From an uncultured virus (IMG/VR IMGVR_UViG_3300038423_000106) (Duplodnaviria; Heunggongvirae; Uroviricota; Caudoviricetes), in the IMG/VR virus record IMGVR_UViG_3300038423_000106: DNA of 64,000 nucleotides; one strand, written 5' to 3'. The stretch's first letter is position 1. Each line of letters starts with the position of its first letter. Below the pieces are notes generated by a model. The model saw only the letters and a list, made by a program, of their open reading frames with translations, made no database searches and had not been told where the DNA came from. This document shows positions 9,355-19,476 of this stretch, in pieces. Position numbers and translations under genes: made by a program.

Positions 9355-9894
9355 TCACCGAACATACATCGGCCCGATCCCTATGATGCGGGCGAGCGTG
9401 GCTAAATTTTGTCCGTAAATTGTGAGGTTCCACGCTGCGAACTCTTCCAAGTCCGGTGGCTGCACCGATTGGCTCACGTCGCCAGCCGACTGACTGACCA
9501 AGATACCAGAAGCCAATCCGCTGCGCGCTATCGCGCCCGGCGTGGTTCCCGCGTTCCCCTCTGACTCCATGTAGAGCGTGGCGAAGTGCGCGATGAACAG
9601 CGCCATGCCCATCAACCACTGGTCCTGCCAGCGGGCGAAGTTTATGGAGGCACTCGCCAGATTCACATACATCTGCAAGACCGCCGGAGGGAGCACCAAG
9701 TCGTACACCGGAGGGCTGCCGTTCGCGGTTCCAAACTTCGGATAGACATTCAAAAAATCGCTGATCAAGTATGGCGGGTTGCTGCCGAACACCAGGTTCT
9801 GCGCCTGCGTGATAGAACCGGCGAAGGCGTTGTTCTGGCATCCCCCGTTCCACCACACCGTCAGCAGCGTTTGTATGTCCGGGCCTTGAGACAT
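9355..9894 (-). CDS. Head-tail adaptor (DUF4054-like)
   Basis: F...YP.F...LFIAHF..L...S.S.GDVS.S...WNLT.YGQ. Confidence 0.8.
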   Translation of the reverse strand: MSQGPDIQTLLTVWWNGGCQNNAFAGSITQAQNLVFGSNPPYLISDFLNVYPKFGTANGSPPVYDLVLPPAVLQMYVNLASASINFARWQDQWLMGMALFIAHFATLYMESEGNAGTTPGAIARSGLASGILVSQSAGDVSQSVQPPDLEEFAAWNLTIYGQNLATLARIIGIGPMYVR

Positions 9895-10425
9895 TTAGGC
9901 CATCGCCCTCTTGCTCTTGGATTTATGCGCCGTTGCTGCTTCTGGAGCATGAGCGATATCCGTTAACTGCCCTCCGAGAATCGGATTGCTCTTTGTGGCC
10001 GCAGAAGCGATAGCTTCACCGGTGGCTATGTCGGCTGCAATTCCTAGTCCTGTGTTTATAACTCGGCCATCTGATACTACCGCTAACGCCTCTGCCGCCG
10101 ACAGCGTCGCTGCTATCCCGGCCACGTCTTGAGCCGTGCGCTTGACTTCTGCGGGAGCAGGGGCGGGAACTATGATCACGTCGTGCTCCGCCAGCGCCCA
10201 TTTGAACATCTGATCTTCTCGAACCCATTCTGGCACGTTCACCGCCCCGCCATAGGCGTTCGAAGGCAAGAGTGGCGCCGAAGGGTTCACGGCTGGCCGG
10301 ACTTCGACGAAGGCCACACCTTCGGCCGTCGCCCGCGAACCTTTGTTGAAGTTTTCTTGCAGCGCGTCTACCAGTCGGATTGCGGGGTTGTTAAACCTGT
10401 ATGCTTTTCTCGCCATGATCCACAT
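9895..10425 (-). CDS. Hypothetical virion-associated protein
   Basis: SD AAAGGAG; VP.WV.ED.MF..A...I motif typical of the gene after DUF2184 capsids. Confidence 0.6.
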   Translation of the reverse strand: MWIMARKAYRFNNPAIRLVDALQENFNKGSRATAEGVAFVEVRPAVNPSAPLLPSNAYGGAVNVPEWVREDQMFKWALAEHDVIIVPAPAPAEVKRTAQDVAGIAATLSAAEALAVVSDGRVINTGLGIAADIATGEAIASAATKSNPILGGQLTDIAHAPEAATAHKSKSKRAMA

Positions 10426-10639
10426 GATTCAATTCTCCTTTTTCAGCGTGTGTTGCTGACTGCGCCCGCCGACGGAGCACGAGGTCCGCGCCTTCCCTGA
10501 GAAGGGAATATGGCCTTTTCCAGTTAGGATGAGTCACCGTGTGCGCTTTCCTCGTTGCCCAGTCGGCGAGCGTCGCCAAGTCGTGATCAGTGAAGTCGTC
10601 AGCCTGCTCGTTCAGCAGGTCGAAGAGCCGGTTCTGCAT
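10391..10639 (-). CDS. Hypothetical protein
   Basis: SD GAGGAG before start; ORF track. Confidence 0.5.
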   Translation of the reverse strand: MQNRLFDLLNEQADDFTDHDLATLADWATRKAHTVTHPNWKRPYSLLREGADLVLRRRAQSATHAEKGELNHVDHGEKSIQV

Positions 10640-10678
10640 GTCGCGCTCCTCTTCATCCGGGTAAGCGCCCGGTCGGTT

Positions 10679-11797
10679 TTAGATGCCGTCGTAGTATGCG
10701 ATCGGCTGGTAATACATAGGCTTTACCACGCCGATCTGCCCGCCATACAACGTCTCGTAGGCTCCGCCGCCGGTGACGGTCGGAACGGTCATGACGCGTT
10801 GTATCGGCACGGGGATGTCCATGTAGATTTTCTTCTTGTCCGCGACGTAAGCCACCATGCGGTCCGTGGCGGACTGTCCGGCGCCAGAACACCAGCGGGA
10901 GGGGAAAATCTTCAGGTTCACGCCCTGCGTCTTGGCGATGTTGTTGGCCAAGATGTAGGTCAGAATCGAGACTGTTCCGGCCGTGCTCACCAGTGCGTTG
11001 GCGATGAGCGTGAACTGAGCCGGGGGAATCAGTATCTGGTTCGCCATGCCCGTCACGTCATAGTTCGAGGCAGCCCAGGTCGCGAGAACGGCGGTGTTGA
11101 CGTCGTTCATGATGGCCTGGATGCCAGCCTGCGTTCCGAGCGCCAGCTTGGCCGCCCAGGTGGTCGCGGCGGAGACCGTGGCGACGGCGCTGGCCGTCAC
11201 GTTCGAGTTGTTCACCAGTCCGGGATAAGACGGCGTGCTCCCGGCCGAAGCGATTGGCCCGATGTAGGTCTGCTGGTCCAGGGACTTGTTCCAGTTCAGG
11301 CGCAGGCAGTTGTCGTAGAGGTTGTCGAGCGAGCGCCCGATGTTCTGCGATTTCTGCATGTCGACGAACGTCACGCGGGCCTCGTTGAACCAGTTGAAGA
11401 CCCGGTAGATGTCCTTCGTGATGTTGGCCTGGGCGACGGGGATGGCGGTCGATTCGCCAGCCTGTATGCCGTAGCCGTTGCCGCCGCTGATCTGGTAGTC
11501 GGCGAAGTAGTTCGAAGAGAACTCTACCCAGCCGCCGCCAGAGTCGACGGGCATGTCGCGCATCCACGTAACGGATGTCAATGGTTCGTGCACCGTGGGA
11601 TCGCGCTTTTCCAGTTCAGCGATCAGGAAGGCCAGACCGCCCGCGACGGCGGCGTCAGAAGCTTGGAGCCGCAAAGCTCCAGACCGCAACGCCCCCGCAG
11701 CGTCCATGAGGCGTCGCGCCGCCGGAATGCCTGCCCGGCTCGCCACTTCGCCCCGCTGAATTGCTGTGTCGAGGTAATTTTCAAATCGTTCCAGCAT
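10679..11797 (-). CDS. Major capsid protein (DUF2184-like)
   Basis: FL..ELE..DP.V.EPL..VTW.RD.PV..GG...GLVN...RMVAY....P.P...Y.DGI C-terminus. Confidence 0.9.
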   Translation of the reverse strand: MLERFENYLDTAIQRGEVASRAGIPAARRLMDAAGALRSGALRLQASDAAVAGGLAFLIAELEKRDPTVHEPLTSVTWMRDMPVDSGGGWVEFSSNYFADYQISGGNGYGIQAGESTAIPVAQANITKDIYRVFNWFNEARVTFVDMQKSQNIGRSLDNLYDNCLRLNWNKSLDQQTYIGPIASAGSTPSYPGLVNNSNVTASAVATVSAATTWAAKLALGTQAGIQAIMNDVNTAVLATWAASNYDVTGMANQILIPPAQFTLIANALVSTAGTVSILTYILANNIAKTQGVNLKIFPSRWCSGAGQSATDRMVAYVADKKKIYMDIPVPIQRVMTVPTVTGGGAYETLYGGQIGVVKPMYYQPIAYYDGI

Positions 11798-11816
11798 GGT
11801 GGTTTATTGGTCTCCT

Positions 11817-12467
11817 TTAGCCTACGTTGGGCGAGAGCAGCGTCACTTCGATCACCTGTTGCGTGCCGCCAGGGTCGGTCGAGATGAGGCCGGTTGTGAA
11901 AACGCAGTTCGTGAGTTGGATGGTGTAGGAGGTCGACGTGTCTTCCGCCGGCTCCACGTTCCCCACCGTCCCGTAAGGCGAACCCGTGCTGGCCGCGATG
12001 CGGAGCCACACCGGACCGCCCGCGATCGGCGCGCTGGCCGACTTCGGGTTGCCGTAGGGCACGATGATGTTTCCCCTGCACATGGCGTCGCAAGGCTCGC
12101 CAGGCAGGTAGTAGCCGAGCGAAGGATTCGTGCCGGGATATGGCGTGTATCCGAGCATCGTCTTGACCTCGCGCACGGCGAAGCCGACGAAGGCTCCCGT
12201 GCCCTGCGTCATCGTTGGAGTGATGCTGGTCGGCGAGGCGATCAAGTTCGTCAGGTCGGAGTAGTTGCCTCCCTGCGAAGCCTGAGCGCCCTTGCCGTTG
12301 ATGAAGACGGCTTGCCCGAAGCTGATCGAGCCGACCGGATTGCCCTGCGGACTCTGGGTGGCGTCCGAAGGAGTGACGTAACGGGCGACGATCTTCACCG
12401 CCTCGTTCCGGGCGTAGGAGCCCACGTAACCGAGCCCCATCAGTGTGCCTACAGTTGTTCCTGGCAT
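11817..12467 (-). CDS. Capsid decoration/cement protein (Gp24-like)
   Basis: MPG..VG..M..GY.GS...I.FG..V...F.G.AVREVK...RG.I.V; SD AAGGAGG. Confidence 0.75.
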   Translation of the reverse strand: MPGTTVGTLMGLGYVGSYARNEAVKIVARYVTPSDATQSPQGNPVGSISFGQAVFINGKGAQASQGGNYSDLTNLIASPTSITPTMTQGTGAFVGFAVREVKTMLGYTPYPGTNPSLGYYLPGEPCDAMCRGNIIVPYGNPKSASAPIAGGPVWLRIAASTGSPYGTVGNVEPAEDTSTSYTIQLTNCVFTTGLISTDPGGTQQVIEVTLLSPNVG

Positions 12468-12468
12468 A

Positions 12469-13995
12469 TTATTGTAGTACCTCCTTCTTGGACTTTGCCG
12501 CTTCCGCCGCCGCTTCCGCAACGTCGCGTCCGAGGTAGTTGGCTGCCCTCTCGGCCAGCTTCCTGCCTTCGTCCGCTCCGTCGCCGGTCCGCATCCGCTG
12601 CTGTTCTGCCTTGCCCTCGCGGTCTTTCTCGCGGGCAGAGAGAACGGCGTCGTATCCGCCCTTCTTGCCCTTCGCCGGTCCGCGCAGCGCCTTGTACTGC
12701 TCGTTCCATGCGTCGATAGCATGACGATCACCACTCGCTGCGACGGCAGGCTTCAACGCCTTGTGTCGCTCCAAGATGGCATCCAGCGCTTTGCGATCAG
12801 CACCAAGGATCGGGTTGTGGGGAATCTCGGACGCCTCCAGGGTCTCGACCGGGATCAGGTCGAAGTCCGTGGCGCGGTGACTTCCAGCCATCGGGCAGTC
12901 GTCGTCATGGGCTTCCTTGCCCTTGGCGCCGCAGTTGCACTCCGGCTCGTCATCATCGTCATCGTCTTTCCGCTTCTTGTCGTCCCTGGCGATCAACTTC
13001 TCGACGAGTCCGCAGAGGCGATCGACGGCGTCGGTCGACTTGCGCTTCTTGTCGTCGTCATCGTCCTTCGCCTTCTTTTTGTCATCGTCATCGTCGTGCG
13101 CCTTGGCCTTTTTGTCGTCATCGTCGTCCTTGGCGCGCTTCTTGTCGGAACCCTTCTCCTCGGATTTCTCCGCGGGCTTGGCCCCCTTCTCTTCCTTCTC
13201 CAACTCGGCTTCCGCCGGATCGGCGTCTCGTGTCTTCAATTTGGCATCCTCGTTTCTGCGGGCCGCCCTGCGAAGGGCTTCCGCGTTGGCTTCCTCGTTG
13301 CGTTTCACCGGATCGTCCGGCGAGGTGTCTTGGGCAACGAGCTTCAAACCGAGCGAAGAGAAGAAATCCTTCATCCCGGCAAAGAAGCCCGTGGCCTCCT
13401 TCACGTCCATACACTCCTCCTTTTGCTCGATTTGTGAAGCATCTGAATTTGAATCCAGAATTCTGACTGAACTGCCCGCGCGGCCCGACTCCACCACAGC
13501 CACGTGGTTTCCGACGATCCCAACTTGCTTATAACGTCCTTCAACTTCGTCGGGAACAAGATCGTAGTCATACCCGCAAGAAATTTCTGCGATGGTATCG
13601 TTTTCGACACGGTTTATAAGAATTGAATCTTTAATTACGAGATCAGCCTCGATGGCAAATTCTCCATCCGGGAGTTGACCGCCTTGCCTTACATTTTGTA
13701 CATGGCCCTTCGAATAATTCGCATCATTGTCGGGAGTCAGAAATACGGGAGGATGGGGAGATGTAATTGACTTACCTTCAAAACTCGCCAGCGTCGTAGG
13801 AGAAAACACTTCGTTAAACGGTCTGAACACCTCGACAGTTTGATTAGCTGGGACGCCTTCGAGTTTCAATTCCGAGGCTTTGTATTTTTGCAAACCACTT
13901 CTGGCTATCGGCGTGCCGAGAACCACCAAGTAACCTTCTTTGGTTTTTGCCCGGTGACTCCCGAGGGCAATGCGATCAGCGTGAAATTGTGCCAT
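12469..13995 (-). CDS. Prohead protease/scaffold fusion (DUF2213-like)
   Basis: T.EGYL....PIAR.G.Q.Y...V.R...EVF...ASFEGK.IT..HP...EISCGY...NHVAVV..GRAG; Asp/Lys-rich scaffold tail. Confidence 0.9.
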   Translation of the reverse strand: MAQFHADRIALGSHRAKTKEGYLVVLGTPIARSGLQKYKASELKLEGVPANQTVEVFRPFNEVFSPTTLASFEGKSITSPHPPVFLTPDNDANYSKGHVQNVRQGGQLPDGEFAIEADLVIKDSILINRVENDTIAEISCGYDYDLVPDEVEGRYKQVGIVGNHVAVVESGRAGSSVRILDSNSDASQIEQKEECMDVKEATGFFAGMKDFFSSLGLKLVAQDTSPDDPVKRNEEANAEALRRAARRNEDAKLKTRDADPAEAELEKEEKGAKPAEKSEEKGSDKKRAKDDDDDKKAKAHDDDDDKKKAKDDDDDKKRKSTDAVDRLCGLVEKLIARDDKKRKDDDDDDEPECNCGAKGKEAHDDDCPMAGSHRATDFDLIPVETLEASEIPHNPILGADRKALDAILERHKALKPAVAASGDRHAIDAWNEQYKALRGPAKGKKGGYDAVLSAREKDREGKAEQQRMRTGDGADEGRKLAERAANYLGRDVAEAAAEAAKSKKEVLQ

Positions 13996-14750
13996 TATCT
14001 ATATGCGCGAGCATAGTTGTTGTAAGTGCTAGAACAACTCCTAGAGCAAACAACCCGTTTAATGCTGCGCTTATTATTAGGATTGATGTCGAACTTCCCT
14101 TTACAGATCTCGCAAATACGATCAAAGTGCGGAGTTAGTCTCGCGCTCCACCATTTCTTCTTTACGGATGATTGCAAAGCAATGCTCTCGGAAGAATGGG
14201 TTTTACCAAGCATCCGAGAACTGTTCAGAAATCCTTGAGGTACAGGACGCGGATTTAAACGGTAAGCGCGAGCAGAGGCAGCGGCTGCTTTACGCTGATG
14301 CTCGGGATTACTGTAGAACTGTTCCAATTCTGGATGCTTAATCCCCACTCCAAATCTATTACCTTTCAATCGTTCTTTAGCTTCCGGATGATCTCGAAAA
14401 AACTTTCTAACAGCCGCACTCATACGTCGTCGTGTCAGCTTTGAACGAAGGGGGTGATCGCCTCCATGTGTCATGTTATAGCCATTCGGCCATACAGAAT
14501 TGCAGCGCTTGATCCACTCAGCTTCGAGGAGATTGAGTTCTTTGCGATCTGTCGAACGCGCCACGATAGAAATTTCAAAAGCCAGCAATCCGTACTTACG
14601 AAGCGCATTCCCAAAGTAGGTATTCGCTGTGAAATGTTTCTTCACGCGTCGGTTCAGAGTTTTAACAGTCTGACCGATGTACGTCTTGCGACTCACGCGG
14701 TGCGTGAACTTATAAACGATACCTTCTTTCGTACTACGGAGATTAAGCAT
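13995..14750 (-). CDS. GIY-YIG homing endonuclease with C-terminal Zn-binding motif
   Basis: GIVYKFT....KTYIGQT...E..WI......PNGYNMT.GG; CEIC...CSRSC. Confidence 0.85.
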   Translation of the reverse strand: MLNLRSTKEGIVYKFTHRVSRKTYIGQTVKTLNRRVKKHFTANTYFGNALRKYGLLAFEISIVARSTDRKELNLLEAEWIKRCNSVWPNGYNMTHGGDHPLRSKLTRRRMSAAVRKFFRDHPEAKERLKGNRFGVGIKHPELEQFYSNPEHQRKAAAASARAYRLNPRPVPQGFLNSSRMLGKTHSSESIALQSSVKKKWWSARLTPHFDRICEICKGKFDINPNNKRSIKRVVCSRSCSSTYNNYARAYR

Positions 14751-14767
14751 ATCTACTATTTTATTCT

Positions 14768-15253
14768 TTAGTAGCTTTCTCCGCGCACCAGCTTGTTCGT
14801 CGGATCAACGTCCTTACCTTCGTGTTCGGCTTCCTTCTGTTCTTCGCTTAAAAATTTATTGAGTTCTTTCTTCAATTCTGGCAAGCCGTCGTCGCGCCCG
14901 AAAGTCTTCGCATCGACCGTGACCGGATTCTCACCGAGGTAGTCTGCCGCCATCCTGCCAAGCTTCCCGTCGTCCACTGCGTTGCGCGCGATATTCCCAG
15001 CCGCGTGCTGTTCTTCCGGCGTCATGGGCGTATCGCCGGGACCAGTCAACGTGCTCACGGGCCAGCCGCCGCCGAACGAGAGCATGGCGTCAGTTCCAGT
15101 GAAAATATCTGCTCCGCACATGGAATCGTTGTACGACTTCCCCGCCGTGTGCATCGCGATCGCGACTGCCTGCTTTTGGGGCTTTCCGTGCTCCATCTCT
15201 GTCTCGATGTTGTGCGAGATCGTTTCTTGGCTGCTGCCTTTTTCAAGCGGCAT
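14768..15253 (-). CDS. Putative internal head protein (DUF6496-like N-terminus)
   Basis: MPL.KG.S..TIS.NI...[10 protein letters not shown]. Confidence 0.6.
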   Translation of the reverse strand: MPLEKGSSQETISHNIETEMEHGKPQKQAVAIAMHTAGKSYNDSMCGADIFTGTDAMLSFGGGWPVSTLTGPGDTPMTPEEQHAAGNIARNAVDDGKLGRMAADYLGENPVTVDAKTFGRDDGLPELKKELNKFLSEEQKEAEHEGKDVDPTNKLVRGESY

Positions 15254-16805
15254 CTTTGACCTCCTTGGCCTTTCCCTTCTTCGCTTTCCCGTTCGGCTTC
15301 CCTTCCGGCGACGGGATCATCTCGTCCTGTTTACCGAACGGGTTCGCGCTGTTCAGCGCCTCCATGCCCATGCTCTCGGCCGGGGTGATCACGGCGTCGT
15401 CCGCTTCCTCGATCATCTCGTCCGTTATGTTCGAGAACGCGCCAGTCTCGTCAGCTAGTTGCTGCAACTCCTGCAACAGAGTCTTGCGCCCGAACCCCCC
15501 AGCATTGAACACATCGAGGATCGGCTTTGTCTTTTTGTCTGTCAGGTCAGCCTGCTCCTCGTTCGTCAGCGAGCGCACCGGCCTGTAGTTCCACGAGAAG
15601 TCCTTTGGCACCTTGCCCCAAGTACTGACCGCGACGACGGGCAAGAGTTGGCGGAGGTTCGGGTCGAGTTCCGACTTCTGCTTCTGCCCGATGCTGTCGT
15701 AGTAGACGTGCTCGTCGCCTTCGTTCGTCGTGCCCAAACCGCCCGAGGGTTTGCCGAACAGCCGCGAGTACGGATAGCCCGTCGCCGCGCAGATGTCTTC
15801 CTTGAAGTGCATGTAGACTTCGCCCAGGCCGCCGAACGAGTACGAGTGGTTCTCGGCCGAACCTTTCTCCGGGAGAATCAGCAATCCCTGGTTCGACATC
15901 GTGTGGTTCATGGCTTCCAATGCGGCGGAGAAGCGTTGCTGGTTCGCTTGGGAAGCACCGAGGCCTGAGAGCATCGAAGCCAGGTCGGGCTGCCGGATGG
16001 CGAAGATGTTCGCGCGGAAGATCAGGTTAGCCAGGTTCCAGCTGGTGTTGTCGCGCTTCCTCAGTTCCTCGAAGAACACTTCCACCTCGGAGATGCCCCA
16101 TCGCATCTCGGCCTGCTTCTCCCAATACGGCACATCGCGCCCGATGAACCTGAGCACGCGGGAGGAGTGAATCTCGAACGAATCCGCCTGCTCCGTCGTG
16201 ACCCGGTAGGCCCGCGGCAGGCCATAGCCTACTGGGTCGTTGATGTCGTTGTTGATCTCGGGCAATGGCGTGATTCCGGACCAGCGGTCGAACGTGATCA
16301 AGCCTTTGTAGCTGCCGAGCGGGACCTCTTCGGGAACGAGCGGCTCAGCTAATCGGCCCTCGTCACCTTCGATGATGATCACGGCGCCGGCGCCGCCGAA
16401 GAGCCTGCCCCACTCCATCCCGCGAAGGATGCGAGACTGCGTTCCGGTGACTCTCAACACCTCGTTGAACTTATCCAAGTGCTTCGGGTCGAGTTCCGTC
16501 ACGACCTCGATCCAGTTCTTGAGCATGTCCTCGGGGACGGAGTCGATGACCTTCCTCACGAGCCAGTGGTTGCGGTAGAGGCTCTGGAGCAACCAGTATT
16601 GGTACGTGAGCCGCGTGAGCGGATAAGCCGTTCCTTCGAGCAGCGACGGCGTTCCGAAACCAGTCCGCGCCAAGGCGTTCGTGAACATGTCCATCGTCTG
16701 GCGGGACTTCGCCTGCTCCGCTTGCCACTCAAGGAACTGCGGAGCCGTCAGTCTGGGCTTGCCGTTCATCAGCGGAATCAAATCAAGATTAGAACTGGCG
16801 CTCAA
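15243..16805 (-). CDS. Portal protein (DUF1073-like)
   Basis: LYRN.W....ID...EDM...WGRLFGGA...IH.SRVLRF.G...WG.S...FGGL...AA...P...LFG..P.G...T.E.D...YY. Confidence 0.9.
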   Translation of the reverse strand: MSASSNLDLIPLMNGKPRLTAPQFLEWQAEQAKSRQTMDMFTNALARTGFGTPSLLEGTAYPLTRLTYQYWLLQSLYRNHWLVRKVIDSVPEDMLKNWIEVVTELDPKHLDKFNEVLRVTGTQSRILRGMEWGRLFGGAGAVIIIEGDEGRLAEPLVPEEVPLGSYKGLITFDRWSGITPLPEINNDINDPVGYGLPRAYRVTTEQADSFEIHSSRVLRFIGRDVPYWEKQAEMRWGISEVEVFFEELRKRDNTSWNLANLIFRANIFAIRQPDLASMLSGLGASQANQQRFSAALEAMNHTMSNQGLLILPEKGSAENHSYSFGGLGEVYMHFKEDICAATGYPYSRLFGKPSGGLGTTNEGDEHVYYDSIGQKQKSELDPNLRQLLPVVAVSTWGKVPKDFSWNYRPVRSLTNEEQADLTDKKTKPILDVFNAGGFGRKTLLQELQQLADETGAFSNITDEMIEEADDAVITPAESMGMEALNSANPFGKQDEMIPSPEGKPNGKAKKGKAKEVKDAA

Positions 16806-17488
16806 TTGATCTCGCGTCCATCTCTGAAGTATTTTCCGGTCGGAACATCATGCGCCTCCAAGAAGCACGCCTTGATGATGGAATCCGCCCCGTGCTCCGC
16901 CGAATGAGTGGCGTTGCTTCCCCCCATGTCGGTTCTGCACCAGTCCGGACAAGCGGCGTTGCAAAAAATACCGTGCGGCTTCAATGCCGCCGCCAGCTTG
17001 AACGTGCTCATCAGCAGCGCAGACTTGCTCCCCGCGTACGCGATCTGGAAGTCGGTGTGAGCCCGCGCATCGTTGAACTCTCCCGAGCCGGACATGACAT
17101 TCACCACCCTGGCCCCCTTCGCCAGCAGGGGGAGGAAGTAGCGCGCGGCCAGGAGCGGCCCGAGCACGTTCGTCTTGTAGACGCTCGTCCAGCGCTCGGG
17201 AGTTATTTCCAGCGCCCCAAGGTGACCATCGTCTGGAACCCAGTCTGGTTCGGCTGCGTTGTTTATGATCACGTCGAGTTGACATCCCGCCTGCCGCAAC
17301 CGCAGCGCGGCGTTGTGGATGGAGTTCTCGCTGGAAACGTCGATGACCAATGGCTTGATGTTCGCCCCCCACTCCTCGCAGCGGACGCGGCGCACGCCCA
17401 TGTGGACCGCGTAACCGAGACGGGCGAACTTCCGGCACAACTCCAAGCCGATTCCGCGGTTGCCGCCCGTGACGAGAGCGCTAGGCAA
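16802..17488 (-). CDS. Short-chain dehydrogenase/reductase
   Basis: TGGNRGIG Rossmann motif, NNA, catalytic YAGSK, CPDWCRTDMGG. Confidence 0.9.
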   Translation of the reverse strand: MPSALVTGGNRGIGLELCRKFARLGYAVHMGVRRVRCEEWGANIKPLVIDVSSENSIHNAALRLRQAGCQLDVIINNAAEPDWVPDDGHLGALEITPERWTSVYKTNVLGPLLAARYFLPLLAKGARVVNVMSGSGEFNDARAHTDFQIAYAGSKSALLMSTFKLAAALKPHGIFCNAACPDWCRTDMGGSNATHSAEHGADSIIKACFLEAHDVPTGKYFRDGREIN

Positions 17489-18473
17489 CTCTCACGTCCT
17501 TGCTGTAGCGCATGAGTTTCGGGTCGCCCTTCATGTCGTCGGTTTGGATGTAAGTTCCGAGTCCAGCTTCCCTCAGCGCGCGCAGCAGCTTGGCGCCGAA
17601 CTCGACGCTGCTCCTCGGAATCTCCTGGTCTCCGTAGGGGAACTCGGGACAGACGTAGACCGTCGACGGGCGCAGTTCCCTCATCATCTCCACGAATCCC
17701 GAGAGGTCGGCGTCTGTCTTGTTGTCCGCGGTGATGATGTACTTCGGCCAGAGGTTGCGCGTTCCGCTCGACTGATACCGCCGCAAGTTCTCCGCCACCC
17801 TGTTCAGCACGCTGCCCGGAACGCCCCTGACTTTGGCGAACGTCTCCGGCGTTCCTGCGTCGATGCTGACCGTCAGGTACATCCGGTTCGCCGCCAAGCC
17901 GTCGTAGACTGCCTGCTTGAAGGCGATGGCGTTCGAGAACAGGCAGACCTGGCCGATGTTGTTGACGAGAAGGTATTCCAGCAATTCCTCGAAACCAGGA
18001 AGCAGGGTCGGCTCACCGCCGTTGTACTCAATCCACGTCCCCGGATTTATTTTTCCGCGCTTCCGGAACTGCTCGATGAACTCGACGATGCGATCATTCC
18101 CGTAGGCGGCTGGCTTGAAGTTGTCCATCTGCGTGTACAGGCAGTATCCGCAGCGCATGTTGCAGAACGTCGCGTGGGAGATGTTGAACCCGGAACTGTG
18201 GTCCGGGACGCCGAGGCGGCTGAAGTCCACGTTGGCCGCGTCCGTTTCGAACACCCTGCTGCAGCGCAGGCAGTCCCCGGCAACTGGATCGCCGGCATTT
18301 AGGGCGTCGTGCAGCCGCCTCCTGCGCTCCAATACCAGATCGTAATCGACGCCACCGGACGCCATTTCGGCTGCCGTGACGATCGCCGGACTCTGCCAGG
18401 TGTTCGCGCAACAGCAGTGCACGCCGTCGAAGTCAAATCTGACGCCACTCTCGATGTTCTTGCAGGTCTTCAA
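17481..18473 (-). CDS. Radical SAM protein
   Basis: CNMRCGYC, GGEPTL, VSIDAGT.ETF..VRG; extra N-terminal Cys cluster; TTGA overlap start. Confidence 0.85.
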   Translation of the reverse strand: MKTCKNIESGVRFDFDGVHCCCANTWQSPAIVTAAEMASGGVDYDLVLERRRRLHDALNAGDPVAGDCLRCSRVFETDAANVDFSRLGVPDHSSGFNISHATFCNMRCGYCLYTQMDNFKPAAYGNDRIVEFIEQFRKRGKINPGTWIEYNGGEPTLLPGFEELLEYLLVNNIGQVCLFSNAIAFKQAVYDGLAANRMYLTVSIDAGTPETFAKVRGVPGSVLNRVAENLRRYQSSGTRNLWPKYIITADNKTDADLSGFVEMMRELRPSTVYVCPEFPYGDQEIPRSSVEFGAKLLRALREAGLGTYIQTDDMKGDPKLMRYSKDVRVA

Positions 18474-19084
18474 TTGTGCACCAGCATGACTTCCGGGACG
18501 ATGCCCCACGGCACGCCGGAGCGGACGAGGTGCGCCCCGAAGCTGTAATCCGCCCCGGCGGCCGCATTCTCTGCGACCGGCTTGGCGTGGAACTTGGTGA
18601 AGCGCGAGGCTTTCACCAGGAACGAAGTCTTTATCGTCCTTCCAATCTGCATCTCCCAGACGCGGTATCCGGAGCCGCCCGATGCCGCCGGACCGACGAC
18701 GGCGCCGCCGCAGACGACGAATTCCCAGTTCTCCCGGTAAGCGGCGCTGAGCATCCGCTGGCCGAACTCCGGCACGTAATAGGTGTCGTCGCAAGGGAAG
18801 CAGTACCAGTTGCCGCTGGCGTGGTGCCTGATCGCCCACTCCGCGGACCAGTAGCAGTCGGAAATCTTGATCTTGTTCGCCGTGCGATAGTAACGGAAAC
18901 GCTGGTCCTTCATGCCCGACACGGTGGACCGATGCCTCGACGCCACGTCCTCGTCCACTGAATTGTCCGTGACCAGCACTTCGAAGTCTTTGTGAGTTTG
19001 CGCGGCGAGCGAATAGAGGCAAACGGGAAGCAACTTGGGACGGTTGAAGCAGGAGACGACGTAACTGATGTCGGGAGAGTTCAC
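18470..19084 (-). CDS. Glycosyltransferase family 2 (GT-A)
   Basis: ISYVVSCFNRP..L...L.SL..QT..DFEVLV.DN; CDD DxD-like motif. Confidence 0.85.
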   Translation of the reverse strand: MNSPDISYVVSCFNRPKLLPVCLYSLAAQTHKDFEVLVTDNSVDEDVASRHRSTVSGMKDQRFRYYRTANKIKISDCYWSAEWAIRHHASGNWYCFPCDDTYYVPEFGQRMLSAAYRENWEFVVCGGAVVGPAASGGSGYRVWEMQIGRTIKTSFLVKASRFTKFHAKPVAENAAAGADYSFGAHLVRSGVPWGIVPEVMLVHN

Positions 19085-19088
19085 GGCG

Positions 19089-19358
19089 TCACTCGATGAT
19101 CCCCGTCCGCAAGGCCAAGGCGATGGCCTGAGAAGTGGTGCGGACTCCGAGAATCTCGCGGACGATCTGCATTTGGTTGCGCGCGTAAACTTCGCTGTGG
19201 TGCAATTCTTTGACCCGCGTGCCGTCTGCTATCGAACGGAGCCAGCGGCGGTCGCGCTCGCTCAGTTCGAGGCGGAAATTGCTCTGGGGGCCGTAGACGT
19301 GATTGATAGTCGCGCTCATCGCCCTGTCACCTTTGACGGTTTCAACCATTGCAATCAT
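19089..19358 (-). CDS. LuxR-type HTH-like protein
   Basis: LSERD...L..IADG..VKE...V.E.LGV.T..QAIA.ALR.GII. Confidence 0.6.
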   Translation of the reverse strand: MIAMVETVKGDRAMSATINHVYGPQSNFRLELSERDRRWLRSIADGTRVKELHHSEVYARNQMQIVREILGVRTTSQAIALALRTGIIE

Positions 19359-19476
19359 GGATGTATTCGCCAGCGCGGCAGTAGGCTTCCCGGCGGCTGT
19401 GGACTTTGCCGAATTCGCGGCCGCACTTCGAGCAAACCACCAGGAAGCCGAACGCGAGTTGAATGAGTTTCAGCAC
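19342..19476 (-). CDS. Small Cys/His protein
   Basis: CSKC...H.C; coupled between neighbours. Confidence 0.45.
   Translation of the reverse strand: MLKLIQLAFGFLVVCSKCGREFGKVHSRREAYCRAGEYIHDCNG

Noticed and set aside
10657..10672. CCGGG-N6-CCCGG hairpin after the capsid gene as a terminator
   Set aside because: Short stem without a U-tract on the coding strand
10529..11887. 452-aa plus-strand ORF and similar long opposite-strand ORFs
   Set aside because: Antisense shadows expected from high-GC codon bias of real minus-strand genes
12890..13140. GAC/GAT-rich repeats as a DNA-level element
   Set aside because: Encode the DDDDDKK low-complexity scaffold region
7946..14750. GIY-YIG genes as group I intron cargo
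   Set aside because: Both abut intact neighbouring genes with no room for intron core sequence; free-standing
15243..16805. Anti-CBASS Acb1 label sometimes attached to DUF1073 proteins
   Set aside because: Size, motifs and position indicate a portal; no 2H-phosphoesterase HxT motif pair recognised
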